In this document: positions 1-12,992 of the stretch, in pieces | Position numbering within the stretch: the first letter of the stretch is position 1 | How the letters are laid out: each line of letters begins with the position of its first letter | Source of the DNA: Lingula anatina | Taxonomy: Eukaryota > Animalia > Brachiopoda | NCBI GenBank assembly: GCA_051362555.1 | Contig: CM120641.1 | Location: 24,248,401-24,312,400 of the forward strand | DNA length: 64,000 nt | Direction of reading: 5' to 3' | Made by a program: the position numbers and the translations under genes | The notes under the pieces: model-generated | What the model was told of the DNA's origin: nothing | Databases searched by the model: none | Seen by the model: only the letters and a program-made list of their open reading frames with translations

Positions 1-1654
1 ACATTAAGTAAGAGCCTAAAAAAGGGTAATAAATAAATAAATAAGTAGCAAATGAAACATATGAACTATAAGGATATTATATTACAAAGAAAAACTAAAG
101 AATCTAAACACTACTTTTAATACTTTCTGGAGTTTACAGGTATTTTCTATTCCATTATGTGTGTGTTGGGGGGGGGGGAGCAGGGGGGGTTGAAAAAGCC
201 ACCATTTGGGTAGAAAGGAACTGCCTTGGCACAAAATTTTTCAAGTTGGGTCAACATACTATGTAGGTAGAAAGGCCCTCTTTTTTTTAGAAAAAGAACC
301 CCTGTATGAAATTGCTGGCCGCAGGACTTATTTGACATTTTAATACAATGTCTCCCCATTATGTATCAGAGTATACTACTATGACAATGATATATCACAT
401 AGGATGCATACTGTAGGCTATGTGTCTTTAACAAGTAGAAATCTCAGGGTCTAACATGGCCTTGTGAAAAAATGTAATAACTCTGCCAATATTAAATATA
501 TAGGCCTTGAAATCTTTTTTATATCATATTAACAATAACAATGCCATGGCTCTTGTAGGCATGGCTCTTGCTTTGCCAAATCTTAAAGACAATTTAGTTA
601 GCTTACTTAAATATTCTTGCTCAACTTCTTCAAACCAACTTATTCCTCAAGGCTCTCTGAATATCTATTTCATTCCACATGAAATTGTTTAAAGGGACTG
701 CGTGTTATACTTTGGAATAACAAGTTTCCATGGGGTTCTCCATAATGTACTTACCAAGTATTAAACTATGTCAAAATAAAGAAAGTAATTGTTTTTTTTT
801 TCAACCACCCATTCCTTTACTTTTATGTTTCAAGCCTGTGAACAGTTAAACAGTATTTTTAGTATAGACTTTTCCTTTTAGATATATAGTGAACATTCCT
901 TGAAAACAGTGTTACTCTGCCAAGATGTCCAAATATATCATAAAGAATAAAAGTTTTAGACTATAAAAAATGGTCAAACAACTGCTCTTTCAATAATATA
1001 TAGAGCTTGACTAGATCTATAGCATATCAATACACAAACGGTGAGGGAATGTTAACAACTGTTAATGTCAGGCCATTTGCTAAGGATCGTTAGATATATA
1101 TCTCATTAGAAGGTTGTTTAAAGTAAGAGAGCAGGACCTGGTTTGTGTGTGTAGGGGGGGGGGGGGTAATTTCATTCGTATCCACTGATGTTAAGAAAGA
1201 TAGAAAAGTTGAAGTGGGTACAAATTACCATCAATACAATAAGATCCGATATCACAATGCGCTTATATCTGATACTTAACCTGATCAGTATCTACATAAT
1301 TGCCCACTATTCATATATAAACTGTAAACAAAATGTTTACATTCTACATTATTCTGGGTACATGGCACATTAACAAAGATATCAGTTTAAAACTTGTAGA
1401 GAAAATGAATATACACGCCTGCTTAATTTCCAAAAACCCTGTTCTAATAGCATATAATTCTCCCCAGCATTCTCTAACAGCTGATCACATCTGCCGCGGG
1501 CGTGACAAAATGTTAAAATACACCATGTGTTGCATATAGGACCCCAGTAATAAACTTGGTGGTAGCTCGTCAACACTCCGAGATAGATTGATGTTGTCCC
1601 CTTGTGGAAGGGAGCTACACCATAAACGAAACCGGTAAATTGAAGTACACTTAC

Positions 1655-1830
1655 CTAGGCACACTGTGTGAATCTTGGTTTGAATTTATACTAATGAGAA
1701 TTGTGAGAAAACTGCGATTTTACCTCATGCTTTTTGTCACCTCAGCCGTACGAGGACAGTCTTGCAAGTGGTTGTCACGTGACCTGCTACAGCTGTTTTG
1801 GAAAAGATGTGCTGGGCGGGTGTGACAGGA
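1655..1830 (-). promoter_or_regulatory. Probable promoter / 5'UTR exon of an unidentified minus-strand gene running off the left edge
   Basis: Local CpG enrichment, palindromic E-box GTCACGTGAC at 1774-1783, and minus-strand donor-like sites (AG|GTAAGT near 1655, AG|GTAAAA near 1724). No recognisable coding exon. Confidence 0.35.
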
Positions 1831-2867
1831 GCACCTACCACAATTCGTGTCTTCGCTCTTCATTATTAGTCGTTTTAACCAAGGTACCTAATTTCTTCCC
1901 CATTTTAAGTCTTATTCACTCAATCAACTATTCACTTGTGAAATAATTTATTGATCTACCTTTTTGACTATTACTAGCATTTTGAATATAAAATAGGGGC
2001 AGGGACCTAAAGCTCTAGCAGTAGATTAAGATTCTGATAAATTTTTCAATGTCAGGTAAACTGACAGGTCCAGCCACGCAAAATCATGTTCCTTGTGCTT
2101 TATTACATGAAGAACCACCAGTCCTTCTCTAAATTCTTTACTACCACAGTATAAGCAATTAATGTTAGAAGTGACCATCTGTAAATAAGGTCCACTAAAA
2201 ATTGATCTAGCACGCCTCTTACTTTCAGTTAAAAGATTTGGTATAAATGAATATAATACACAACAGTTCTCAACTAAATTATTATCCAATGCAAAGGTCT
2301 TTTTCAGTGGACTTACACAGGGCACTGAAATGCGAAATACTTGTACATGAAGGTTTGCACCACATAACCTGATACTTTCATTATCGGCATATACAGCATT
2401 TTTGCCTTGGCAACATTAGTGTAATAACAGGATCAGTAAGACAAATGCCATGATGATCTCCCATTCTTTACTATATCTTTTAAATATATTTACAAAAAAT
2501 ATTTTAGCAGATACACCGTTATATCAGATAGATCAATAAGAGCACGGAAATCGGGTCTGATGCTATGATAATCCTTTTTGTCTTTTTTTGGTACTTATGT
2601 TGCAGTAAAATCCTGTATGGGTTCCACAACATCTGAAGAATTAATTTGCTCAGTTTCTGATAATCCCTGATGTTAAACATATATGATAGTTAATACTACA
2701 TGGAATTACTTCTCTGCATCAGAGAAAAAAAAAACAGACACAGCTCAGTATCATCTATCGCTTTGTCTCCTACAAGTCAGCCTCCATTGTTCAATCATGT
2801 TTTTTGAACCTATTTCTCTAATGGCTTAAGTATGATTCAGCAATAATTCCCATAATTTCTGTCTGTG

Positions 2868-5800
2868 TCATAAACCAACAAGGTTTTTCTCAGCAAGTTT
2901 TTCTTCCTGAAAAAGAGGAAATGGATCAATTACTTAATTTTTTTGTATGTAGTTTTGCTTTCCTAATTTTATATTCATATCATTCATAATCGTACTCTTT
3001 TGCTAGAGAAACAAAACTCACTAATGTTATTGTACATAAGAAAAGCAATAAGCTAACATCTTAAAAAAATAATAATTGACTATTTTATAAAATGTATACA
3101 TTACAATTACCTCTGCAATCTTAGCCCTTTTTTGAGACTGGTATTCCTCCTCTTCCTCTAACAGCTCATCCATCTTTCTTTTATAGCTAAAGTGCAACAA
3201 CAACAACTAAAAAAGCACTCAGAGCACAGACCTCCGCCAAGATAAATAAAAAACTTAGTCTAATAATTATCCATTAATTAATTAATTAATTCATGGATCT
3301 TAACCAAAATCAAATCACTTTTACCTTAACCATTCATAACTTTTTGAGTAATGCTGGTGACAAACAAACAGACAAACAGAGGTGAAAACAATCTCTTTGG
3401 TGGAAGATAATAATTTGGTGGATAATAATAATAATAACACTTCAATAATATTGAAAAAATGTGCTTTATGTACAGTCTCTGTGCTTTTTGTGGGACAAAA
3501 AATTTTTAATAGATCCAAATCTTCAAAAGTATGTATACATTCATATATTTGATCTGGAACTAATTGTAAATGTACATTAAAAAGTTTTGCACTCATATGT
3601 AACATATTTGCTTTTACTGTGATCTGGAACAAATTCTGATTCTAAATATAAAACTTTTGCCTTTTATTGAGATTACAAAAAATTGACAAAGGTGACATTT
3701 GAAAATATTACACTCACACTTCACTTTCTGGATTATTTTCCTGGTTTCTACACTTCATCAATTTTTTATGTATGTTCCTCACATCTTCTTTACTTATGGG
3801 TTCGATATGTTTCACCATATAACGGATTCCTAGCCAATGAAAAGAAATAATAAGCAAAGCTGCCTGTATTTGCACAGGAAAGTGGAAAAGAATAAACCTA
3901 ATAAATTCTTATTAAGTGAAGTAAATCCATAAAATTATCCAGGTTGACTTATAAATAAAATTTAACTTTGAAAACTCTAGTAAAATTTATTAAAGTAAGT
4001 ATAACAGTGAGAAGAAGAATGCAGCTGCATAAGAAAGCTTACAATACTCTTTTACATTTAATGCACAATTTATACAGTCAAGCCTTATAATTCCGTTTGA
4101 TTTCAATCCAAAGCATTTTGTCCTAGATATTCAACTTACTTTTAACTTGCTCTATCACTTTGTGCACATGTTCTTGGCTTTCAGACATTAAAAGGGTTTC
4201 TGTTACATAGCTGAAGATAAAACAACTCAGGCTAACATTTGTTTTAAACGACATAATAGACAATGCTGTTCCTGAACATCTGGGGCAGATTTCACAAAAG
4301 GCTTTAAGGCAGAAATTTTTTCTTAGCTTTTTCCTAGCTGAACCAAATTTTTCTACATTTTAGCTAAAAGCAAGGTTTCAGTCTTTATCCCTTTACGAAA
4401 CTGCCCCCTGAAAACACCTGTGACCAACATACAGGTTAATATAAAGACTGACATTATTCACTTTATTAAAATCACATGAAGACCTATTCCATTATGTAGA
4501 TTCATAGAAAATAAAGATATATATCCAAGGAATCCACTATCAGTAATTGTATGATAAAAAAGACTTTATAGCCAATTAATTATGAAAAAGGAAAGACAAA
4601 AGCAACAATAAAATTCAGTAATTACCTGTCTAAATTAATTTTTTGTTCACTTGTGCTTGCAAGTAAAGCAGCCAAAGCAATCTGTAAAATTAAGTTATCA
4701 TAATTCATCTTCATTTGCATATTGTACAATATAAAATATAAACACTGTCACAAACATTGAAATTTAAATATTCATTTTCAAGGCTGTATCTAACATTTAC
4801 CTTACCATACCATTTTCAAATATTTTTTATCAATATGGAGTTACAGATATAGTGATTTTATCTACGGTAACAATGAATCCACTTCATTCAATGATAAAAT
4901 GGCATGTACTAATTTCTGCCCAAGCTGGCTTGACCACTCATAAAAACTTGTTAAATTAATAAAAAGTTTACTGACATTTAGTGACAGCTAAATGTAGAAG
5001 CACAACACTGTGTATTATATGGAATTCTGAACAACTTGATTACAAGAAGGCTAACTTACACACTGTGTAAACATTATCTTACCTGTGATGGAGCAAATAT
5101 TAGACAGGCATCTGTACTTAAGGAGCGGTCAATAAAGTCAAATGCCCCCTTCCTTAATTTTTCAACATCCTTTGTGGGCATGGCTTGAACAGCTTTGCAT
5201 CTTGTCTATAATAAATAGGCTAGATAATTAAGTATGTAGCACATTCGACAGAAAAAATCTTGGTACATACAGTTTCACCCTTATAGCTTAAAAGCTAACC
5301 CCACCTCATATGCTGAGGTTCTCATTCTAGGCTAACTCAGATGATTCAAACCAATAGCAAAACAATACAGACTGACATATCTACTCTCCTTGCCTCACCT
5401 TCACATCAATAATCAAGCCTTCCAATGCTCTGAATGGATTGTGTATTGTCATGTGGTAATGCAGCTCCTTCATTAGTAAAAGTTCAAAACAGAGGACAAT
5501 GTCAGCATTTTTATCAGGGTCTCCTTTTATGTTAGATACAAAGGTTCTGAGAGAAACATGGTTTTCTTCTACTTTGGTTGACAAATATACACAGGTAAGC
5601 CTGGAATATAACCAACAACCATAAAATACCAACACCTGTGAAAGGAGGGTAAATTAATACAAAAGTTTCCACTGTATGGATTTAATTCATTCTACAAGGG
5701 TGTAAGATTTTCAAATAATATTAAACAAGTGCAAGTGGCTTTTACACTTTAATTAGTCTAGAAGAAAGGTGAGATGGATTGTGATAAAGGCAGTATGAAT

Positions 5801-6757
5801 TTCCCCATCAGGGTATACATACATTATATCCTTTGGGTGATAATCCATTACTGACTTATTGAGAAAAAACCTTTTCATATAGTTAATAGCTGTTCCCTGA
5901 AAAAAAAAACAATAAAGATCTTCTTTAAAACAGTTATGTTCTGTTAGTCTTATACATGCAATATTTTCTACTACTACTGCATTTACTAATATAAACAGAA
6001 AACAGTTACTCAAAATGTTTTAATTTCTAAAAATTATTGTTTATAACTCAAAAATGCATGTAAACATTATTTTCTCAAATGCATACCACAACTTCTCTTG
6101 GCAACCCAATAACTTTATTTTCATGTGGTCCAGAATCTTGGAAGCGTGCACAGAATTCTTTGAGAGCATATTCATAGTGACGAAGTAAAATCCTTTCTTC
6201 CTTTAAGTCTAAAAAACTTGTGCCATCGTCTTTATTCTAAAAATAGACAAATAGAGAATACATACCAAAATCTTATACGTCCATCAACATACATGTAAAT
6301 CCATGCATGGTCCCCTTTCTATTTTTACCTAGAGACCTATGTTATATCTGTTTCATAAGGTGTCAGAATATACTGAGTAACATGGACTGTATAAAACCAT
6401 TTTTTTATTTATTATCAGCATGATAATTGATTTAGGGTCCTAGACATTGCCTCAGTCATAAAATAAGTGGTGAACCACGGCCGTCCTATCACTCTATTCT
6501 ATATTCTGGAATATAATATAATGTAACGGGAGACTTCCAGAGGCTATTACTCTATCTGCCTCTCAATTTTTACATTTATTCTTGATTGCGGGAAGTTGCA
6601 GAAGAAAATTGCGAGGTCATCAGCAAGTCAGCATACAAACCTTGAACTTTTTGGCGTGTTTTTCTAGATATTTCCTATTCGTCTCCGTCCTAAGTCTATT
6701 CAATTCTGTTTCGCCACAGAAAGTCCAATGCTTTCTCTGAGAACTGGTAGGAAACAT
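2868..6757 (-). CDS. CCNH: Cyclin H (CDK7/CAK/TFIIH subunit), about 9 coding exons
   Basis: ATG at 6757 gives MFPTSSQRKHWTF. GT-AG exons at about 6757-6641, 6236-6087, 5897-5824 (GTAINYMKRFFLNKSVMDYHPKDIM), 5600-5399 (LTCVYLSTKVEE...ELLLMKELHYHMTIHNPFRALEG), 5205-5083 (DACLIFAPSQ), 4682-4626 (IALAALL), 4210-4139, 3829-3719, 3186-3111 and 2906-2868 (EEKLAEKNLVGL*). Motifs match cyclin H. Confidence 0.95.
3203..3411. mobile_element. Probable Helentron-associated (HINE/DINE-1-like) short element in a CCNH intron
   Basis: AAGCACTCAGAGCACAGACCTCCGCCAAG start, ACAA/ACAG microsatellite, and a subterminal inverted copy CTTTGGTGGAAG followed by (TAA)n. Classification by architecture only. Confidence 0.55.
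4282..4408. mobile_element. Old short MITE (GGGGCAG.TTTC termini), Harbinger-like; similar termini at about 49084-49464
   Basis: GGGGCAGATTTCACAAAAGG versus CCTTTACGAAACTGCCCC; at 49 kb GGGCCAGTTTCACAAA versus TTTGAGAAACTGTCCC. Confidence 0.5.
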
Positions 6758-6920
6758 CACGCATCCTCTTTCATGTAACTTTTCTCTCGCCTTGTGACTC
6801 GTTCATAGATGGCGCTATAAGCTTATTCTTGGTCTCATTTTCAAGCACCTCTTGAATGAAGCGACATCTTCATACTGCAGTTTCAAGGGAATCACCAAGC
6901 TCACGTTGATTCATTAAGGT
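6758..6920. promoter_or_regulatory. Bidirectional promoter, CCNH / RAMAC
   Basis: Divergent genes with ATGs about 540 bp apart, CpG-enriched, YY1-like AGATGGCG near 6808, and a + strand donor near 6918. Confidence 0.65.
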
Positions 6921-7298
6921 AAAATACACTGTTAAATACCCTTCTGCAATATGCCAGAAGTGGTGAATTTGGCTTTTTTTAATACAGATACGATAAAGAA
7001 ACATTTCGTTGACAAAGAATTCGTATTTTTAATGAAACCCGTACGTTTTGCAACTTCACAACTGCGTCATCGGCATCAATGCTGCGATCATGCATGCAAC
7101 ACATTAGATAATTTTAAGATAGTTTCAGCCTTTTAATCAGTTAAATTTAATTTTTAGGGATACAGGTCATTAAAGCAAATTATTTGTATTTCTTACAGCT
7201 TTTGTCTCCTAACAATTATTATTGTTTATGGTTGGTAGACTAGGTTTCATGTACAGTATGTTTACATGTATGCATGTATTTTTGCCCGTTTCTTCAGG

Positions 7299-8163
7299 AT
7301 GGGAGACCAAAGCATCGAGGAGAAGCTGTTGTTGTATGAAGATCTGTTTAGGCACCGTTACACAGACCAAGATGAAGATTATATGACAACCTTAAACACA
7401 CCTCTTGCAGACCCGCCTTGTGTAGAGAATTGGTATTCCAAGCCTAAACGAGCTTATGACAGGAATAGGTATTTAAGTTGTATTATCAGATGTATTATCA
7501 GATGTATTACACCAGAGATTCTTCTGTATCATGTAATAATATTAGCAGGAAAGCAGATTGGACATTTGATTTTTTCACATCATATGGTATACGAGTAGTT
7601 TCTTTGAAACCCAGAGATTGGAACAGAGGCTACACATTAAGGTGTAAAATCCTCTTCCACACAGATTTTTTTTTTTCAGTTATCAAAAATTATTTGAGCA
7701 CATTTATCATGTATACCAGAAGTAGTTGGAAGAAATATTACATGAGTAGGAAAATGCCTATTGTTAAAAGCAATGTTCTTTAAATTGGGTAAGAGCATAT
7801 GGTATGTTGGTATTGAAACACTACTTTTTCATCAATGTTACATGAAAATATAGAAGACAAATATATATTTAACATCACTTTGTCCTAATTATCCAATATT
7901 TTTTATTCAGGCCTGATTACAGTCGGGGAGGATATAACCAGCACCGCGGAGCTAGAGGGCATCACTCAGATTACAGGCAAAGAGACAGGTATCATCCATA
8001 TAGTGACAGACATGGACAGAACTATCATCATCATCATGATCACAGGCAAGGACAAGACAGACATTTTCATGAAGGGAGACGAGATCAACAAAGATACAAC
8101 AGTTATAATGATAGGCCAGGCCAGAGACCTTACAACCAAAATAGAGGTGGACATTGGACTTGA
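7299..8163 (+). CDS. RAMAC: RNMT-activating mini protein (RAM/FAM103A1), 2 coding exons
   Basis: Exon 7299-7468 (MGDQSIEEKLLLYEDLFRHRYTDQDEDYMTTLNTPLADPPCVENW) resembles the RAM activation domain. Exon 7911-8163 is an R/G/H/Q/Y-rich low-complexity tail containing RYHPY (PY-NLS-like) and ends in TGA. Phases are compatible; a probable 5'UTR donor lies near 6918. Confidence 0.88.
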
Positions 8164-8854
8164 AGTCAGTCTGTTTTGAAAGAAAGCATACAAGATAATG
8201 TTCAATCAGTTTGAGGAAATTCAATTATTGTAATTGGTGTCATTTATTTATCATTATCTTGCAACCTTTTCAGCACTCTTCCAAAGTGTTGAAATTGAAA
8301 TGTAAAACAAAACTGATATACCAAACTGTTATATTTTCTCTGAATTAATTGATTTATATTTCTTTCTGTACTTTCCAAATTAAAAAGTTTACTGCAAATC
8401 TGTAAGGGATGTGATGAAATATATAAAAGGTTTATATGTATCTTTAAATTTGACATTATTTGGGCCAAAGTTAATTTTATTCTAATCATTGTAGAGGATG
8501 ATAAATCTACAAGTAACTTAAAAGTTTGCATATTTTCTTCACATAAAAGTGCATCATGCTTCTTGGATTAAAAGAATGAAGCAAATTAAGAATTATGCAA
8601 AATGAAAATGTAAGAGAAACGTGTTCCATGTCTATTTATGTCCATTTATGAGACTTCTAAAAGTAATGCTGTAATTCATAGCAGAAGTAAAATTAAAAAC
8701 CAACTTATCTAGTTCATATTGACTGAAAGAAAAATAAAGATAAAATCACTAATGAATACCGACTCGTATTAAAACTTAAAGAAAAATTATGTCTTCTAGG
8801 TTCTTATAAACAGGAAGCTTCTGCACCTATTTTGGTTCTTTGCCCACAGCAAGT

Positions 8855-9483
8855 TTAAACCTTCCATATTTCATAAAGGCAGTATCTGATGAAACGGTTA
8901 AGTAAGACAAATTTTAAATTAAATGTTAAGTTGCACATGTTTGACAATATATTCAATCTTCAATACAAATTAATTTACAGAAAAGTTTACATCACAGAAC
9001 AATGAGATTGTTAATTTTGTAATGTCTTACTTGATTAATTTGAATGAATCCATTACGTATGCATGCATCTCTCATGCATGCAAGTGCTTGCCTTGAGGGA
9101 AAGTTAAGGATACGTTTCACGAAAAGATGGCACGTAAGCATCTCTACGCTTAAACTGTCCACCAAGCTTGATAATATCTTCATCGACTAGCGGATAGTAA
9201 TCCACAGCACTCTTACTGTTGCCCTAAAGATAATGGTAAATGCCTTGAACTTTGAGCAACTAAATTTATCAGTTTTCTACAGCTGTCCACTTATTGGTAC
9301 TAATTTCCTAAAAATAAACTAAATGACAGTTGTTATGTACAATGTCATGATATTACTTTATCATTTCATTAAAATCTCTATTAAATAAAAATTGCAATCA
9401 ACTGCTCATTATACAAAACAATTATCTTACTGAAACCTACATTATATTATTTGAATAAAACCTAATATCCAATTTTTACCCTA

Positions 9484-9540
<57 letters not shown>

Positions 9541-12500
9541 AAAAACAAAAATCTGTATTTTTCTACAATGGTCCTTATGAAATTATTTCAAAAATACCCT
9601 CATGAAATGCATAAACTGAAGTCAAGATCATTACCCTGAAAAGTCTGAATTTAATTAATTTCTTAAAATTAATTGACACAGCTTGTCAATATGTTGAGAT
9701 CATGTGAAGTAAAATGTAATACCCACCCTTGCCAGAACCTTTCCTTGAGGTTTAAGCAGCTGCAGAGCCAGCTCCATCACCAAGTGGGTGGTCTTGAAAT
9801 CATAGGCAAATCCTGGAAATATGAATGTCAAACAACAATTCATCAATTCAATCAATTTAGAATAATAATAGAAAACAAGTTTACATATCATAATTTTCTC
9901 AATGGCTTTGGATAAGTTTTTTAAAAGGTTTTATGCAGTGGTTTTCAAGGATTTGGGGTGCAGAAAGTCCAAAATGTGACTCTGTAATTAGGTCGTCCAT
10001 TTTCAGGGAGTCCAACCCAAGCAAGCCCAACCAACCGAAAAACTTATAAGCTGTCCAGCTGTCTTTGGAAAAATAGGCCGTCTTTTGTGGCTAATGGCTG
10101 TCCAAATGATGACTGGATTGCTCTCTGGGGAAAGCCTTGGTATAATGTGCATTGTATACTTCGAACTTTTTGTGTGAAATTGGCCCCAAGATTAATCCTT
10201 ACTATGCTCACCATAGTTTTCTTTATCTACAGGAAATTCTGTCAAGTCATTGATAACAAAGTCGTACTTCTTGCCCTGCTCTAGGTCCTCCTTCATAACC
10301 TTGATACAGTCTTCAATGATGATCTACAAACATTAAAGAGCATTTTATACTGAAGCCACCCTGAGCTTCAGAGATAACTTGACACTAACCTCTTCACTAT
10401 AGCATATCTTCATCGTGTCAAGTAACCTCTGACCACATTCGATAGCCCCCGCCGCCCGCCAATCAAATTTAAAGCCTGCAGTCAATGACTCATTGAACGA
10501 TCTAGCCAATGAACGCGAACGAGTCAAAGCGCGCTTTGTTCAAATCCGGACCAATCAAAGATAAGGCTGAATATCAGGGACTTGCCGTAACCTCATCCCT
10601 CAGTAGATAATGATGCAGGGCCTCCAACTGCTCTGGTTTCAATTCCGATATAGTCCCTACTCATATTTTGCAAAGAATCAAGAGATAACTTAACACATTA
10701 TTTTACGTAGTCACTTTCTTTGTGTACGGTTATGCACTCGGAACTACTCGGATGTCTCCGCACTCGACAATAACTTTGTTGTTAGTATGGAGCTTGCGGA
10801 ATCAGCCGAGGATTGCCGATTGACGGTCAACCAATCAGCGTTTTCACCAAACTTTGTGGTGAAAAATTTTGAAACATGGATTCGATTGGCTTATATAAAC
10901 TAGGTCAAACTATTTTCGTCAGAGGTAACTTGACACGATGAAGATAGGCTATAGTGAAGAGGTTAGTGTCAAGTTATCTCTGAAGCTCAGGGTGACTGAA
11001 GCTTAATGCTCCATTTCCCCGAAAGGAAAAAATTGGTGAATCGGCAATAAAAAAACACGAAAAAAATTTTATGAAAATGAACAATGGTGGATAACTAGGA
11101 ACCAACATATTTTTTTTTTTGACAATGTGCCTATGTTAAAATTCACTTTTCTTGAGTCATTTGCAACCACTGTAAATTAACTACCCACTTTTAACTTGGT
11201 AAATAACAGTATACAGATGTGAAAACACTGCACTCACTGTTGCAATATCTTTATCTTTTCAGACCCTTGCTACAGATTAAACATCACAGTATTTGATATA
11301 TAAATAGAAAGATAGATAGCTCACAAACTTCGCTCTTCAAGTTTACCAAAGTGGTTGAGAATAGCACATGAGAATTACCTTATAGTTATTCCCTTCAAAT
11401 TTATCCATGCTGTCTCCACAAACACTTCTCATGTGAACACGACAAGCTTTGATGACTTCTTCATCAATCTGATATAAAAAGAGTGTACATTATATTATCT
11501 TATATTGTATTAGTTAATTCCTTTATGTTACTGCTGTATAAATTAACCAAAGCAGTGTAAAATTTCAATACCAATATTTTGTCATTTATTTGTGGATTGA
11601 CTGGTAATGACAATCATCCTACTGATTTACTCAAAATTAAATATTTAGAAATATTTTTTAGAATAAAGAGACTGTGGGTGACAAACTTCTAGTGCTCTGT
11701 ATGCTTAGTTTAAGTAATTAAGTTTATCAGTAAGAAACTTTGGTCCATTTACTTCTGCCATGGTAACAAATTTTGGGTTCTCCTTCAACAATTCGTGCAA
11801 GATGCCTCCATCTCCTCCACCAAGGATCAGAATCTCCTTGCCTTTGTAGTTCTCACGCTTAGGGTTCCCCAGACCAAGTAACGTTTGTGTGTAGATTAAG
11901 TCACTCTCACCAAGCACTAAAATACACAATATATGTTTATCAGTAGACTGCAGAAAGGATTCTGGAAAAAAATCTTAGCATCCTATTTTCAGAACTCACT
12001 GAACCCATAACTACTCCAGCAGTTTTACCCAAAAAAATGACCATTTTTTAACTTCACTTGACTGGTCAGGTGCACATTACCATACATTCTTCATATTTTC
12101 ACTTATTATGTAAGTTTATGCTGTCTAAACAATTATTTTAAAGTTTAACTTTTTTTTTTTTTTTTTTTTTTTGGTTCTGTTCCTAAAAATTAACAGTTTA
12201 GACATTCTAAGAAAGTTAACCAACTTTTCCTCATCCATACATAACATACAGTATTGTTTCTCTTTAGGACTTAATTATCTTAATGGCTCAAGTGGTGTAA
12301 AATTTTTTGACCTCTTAGTTTCTACATGTATTATATTACTGTATAGTAAACCTCCAGTGGTTTTCAAAACAATTAAAATTCATAAGACACCCTTGTATTT
12401 TAAAAACATTGTAGCAAGTTTTTATACATATTTTTTCACACTGTAGCAAATGTTTACAAGCTTTATGTCAACTTACTGATATCATCATCAAGCAACAAAA

Positions 12501-12926
12501 CATTCCCAAGCTCTCTGGAGTGCATGATCTTGATGTTCTGCCATGGAGAGTTGGTCTCAAAGGACACTTTATCATAGTCTGGCTCCATCAGCCTCTCATC
12601 TGCAGTGATGCCATAGGTCCAAACCTGACCACCACGTCGAATGGGAGCATAAAGACTGAAAAATATCTTTTTGTGTCAAATACATAGTGACCACAAATTA
12701 CCAAGGGGTTACTCTTTTAGAATTTTTTTGCATAGATTTTTTTTTTTTTGCGGGTCCAACATGGAGTACAATAAAGTATGCAATAAGTTCAGGAAAGTGC
12801 TCTAGGTATTATATACAATAGCTTTTTAAAGTTTACATATAAAATACATTGCTGAAATGAAAGAAATTATGTATATTGTTTTTGATATAATAGTTGCAAG
12901 TCACAGACAACTGACCATCAAATTGA

Positions 12927-12992
<66 letters not shown>

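Noticed and set aside
1067-1390. Scattered U2 snRNA-like words (GGCCATTTGCTAAG, ATATCTGATAC, ATCAGTTTAA)
   Set aside because: Not contiguous or correctly ordered; chance matches.
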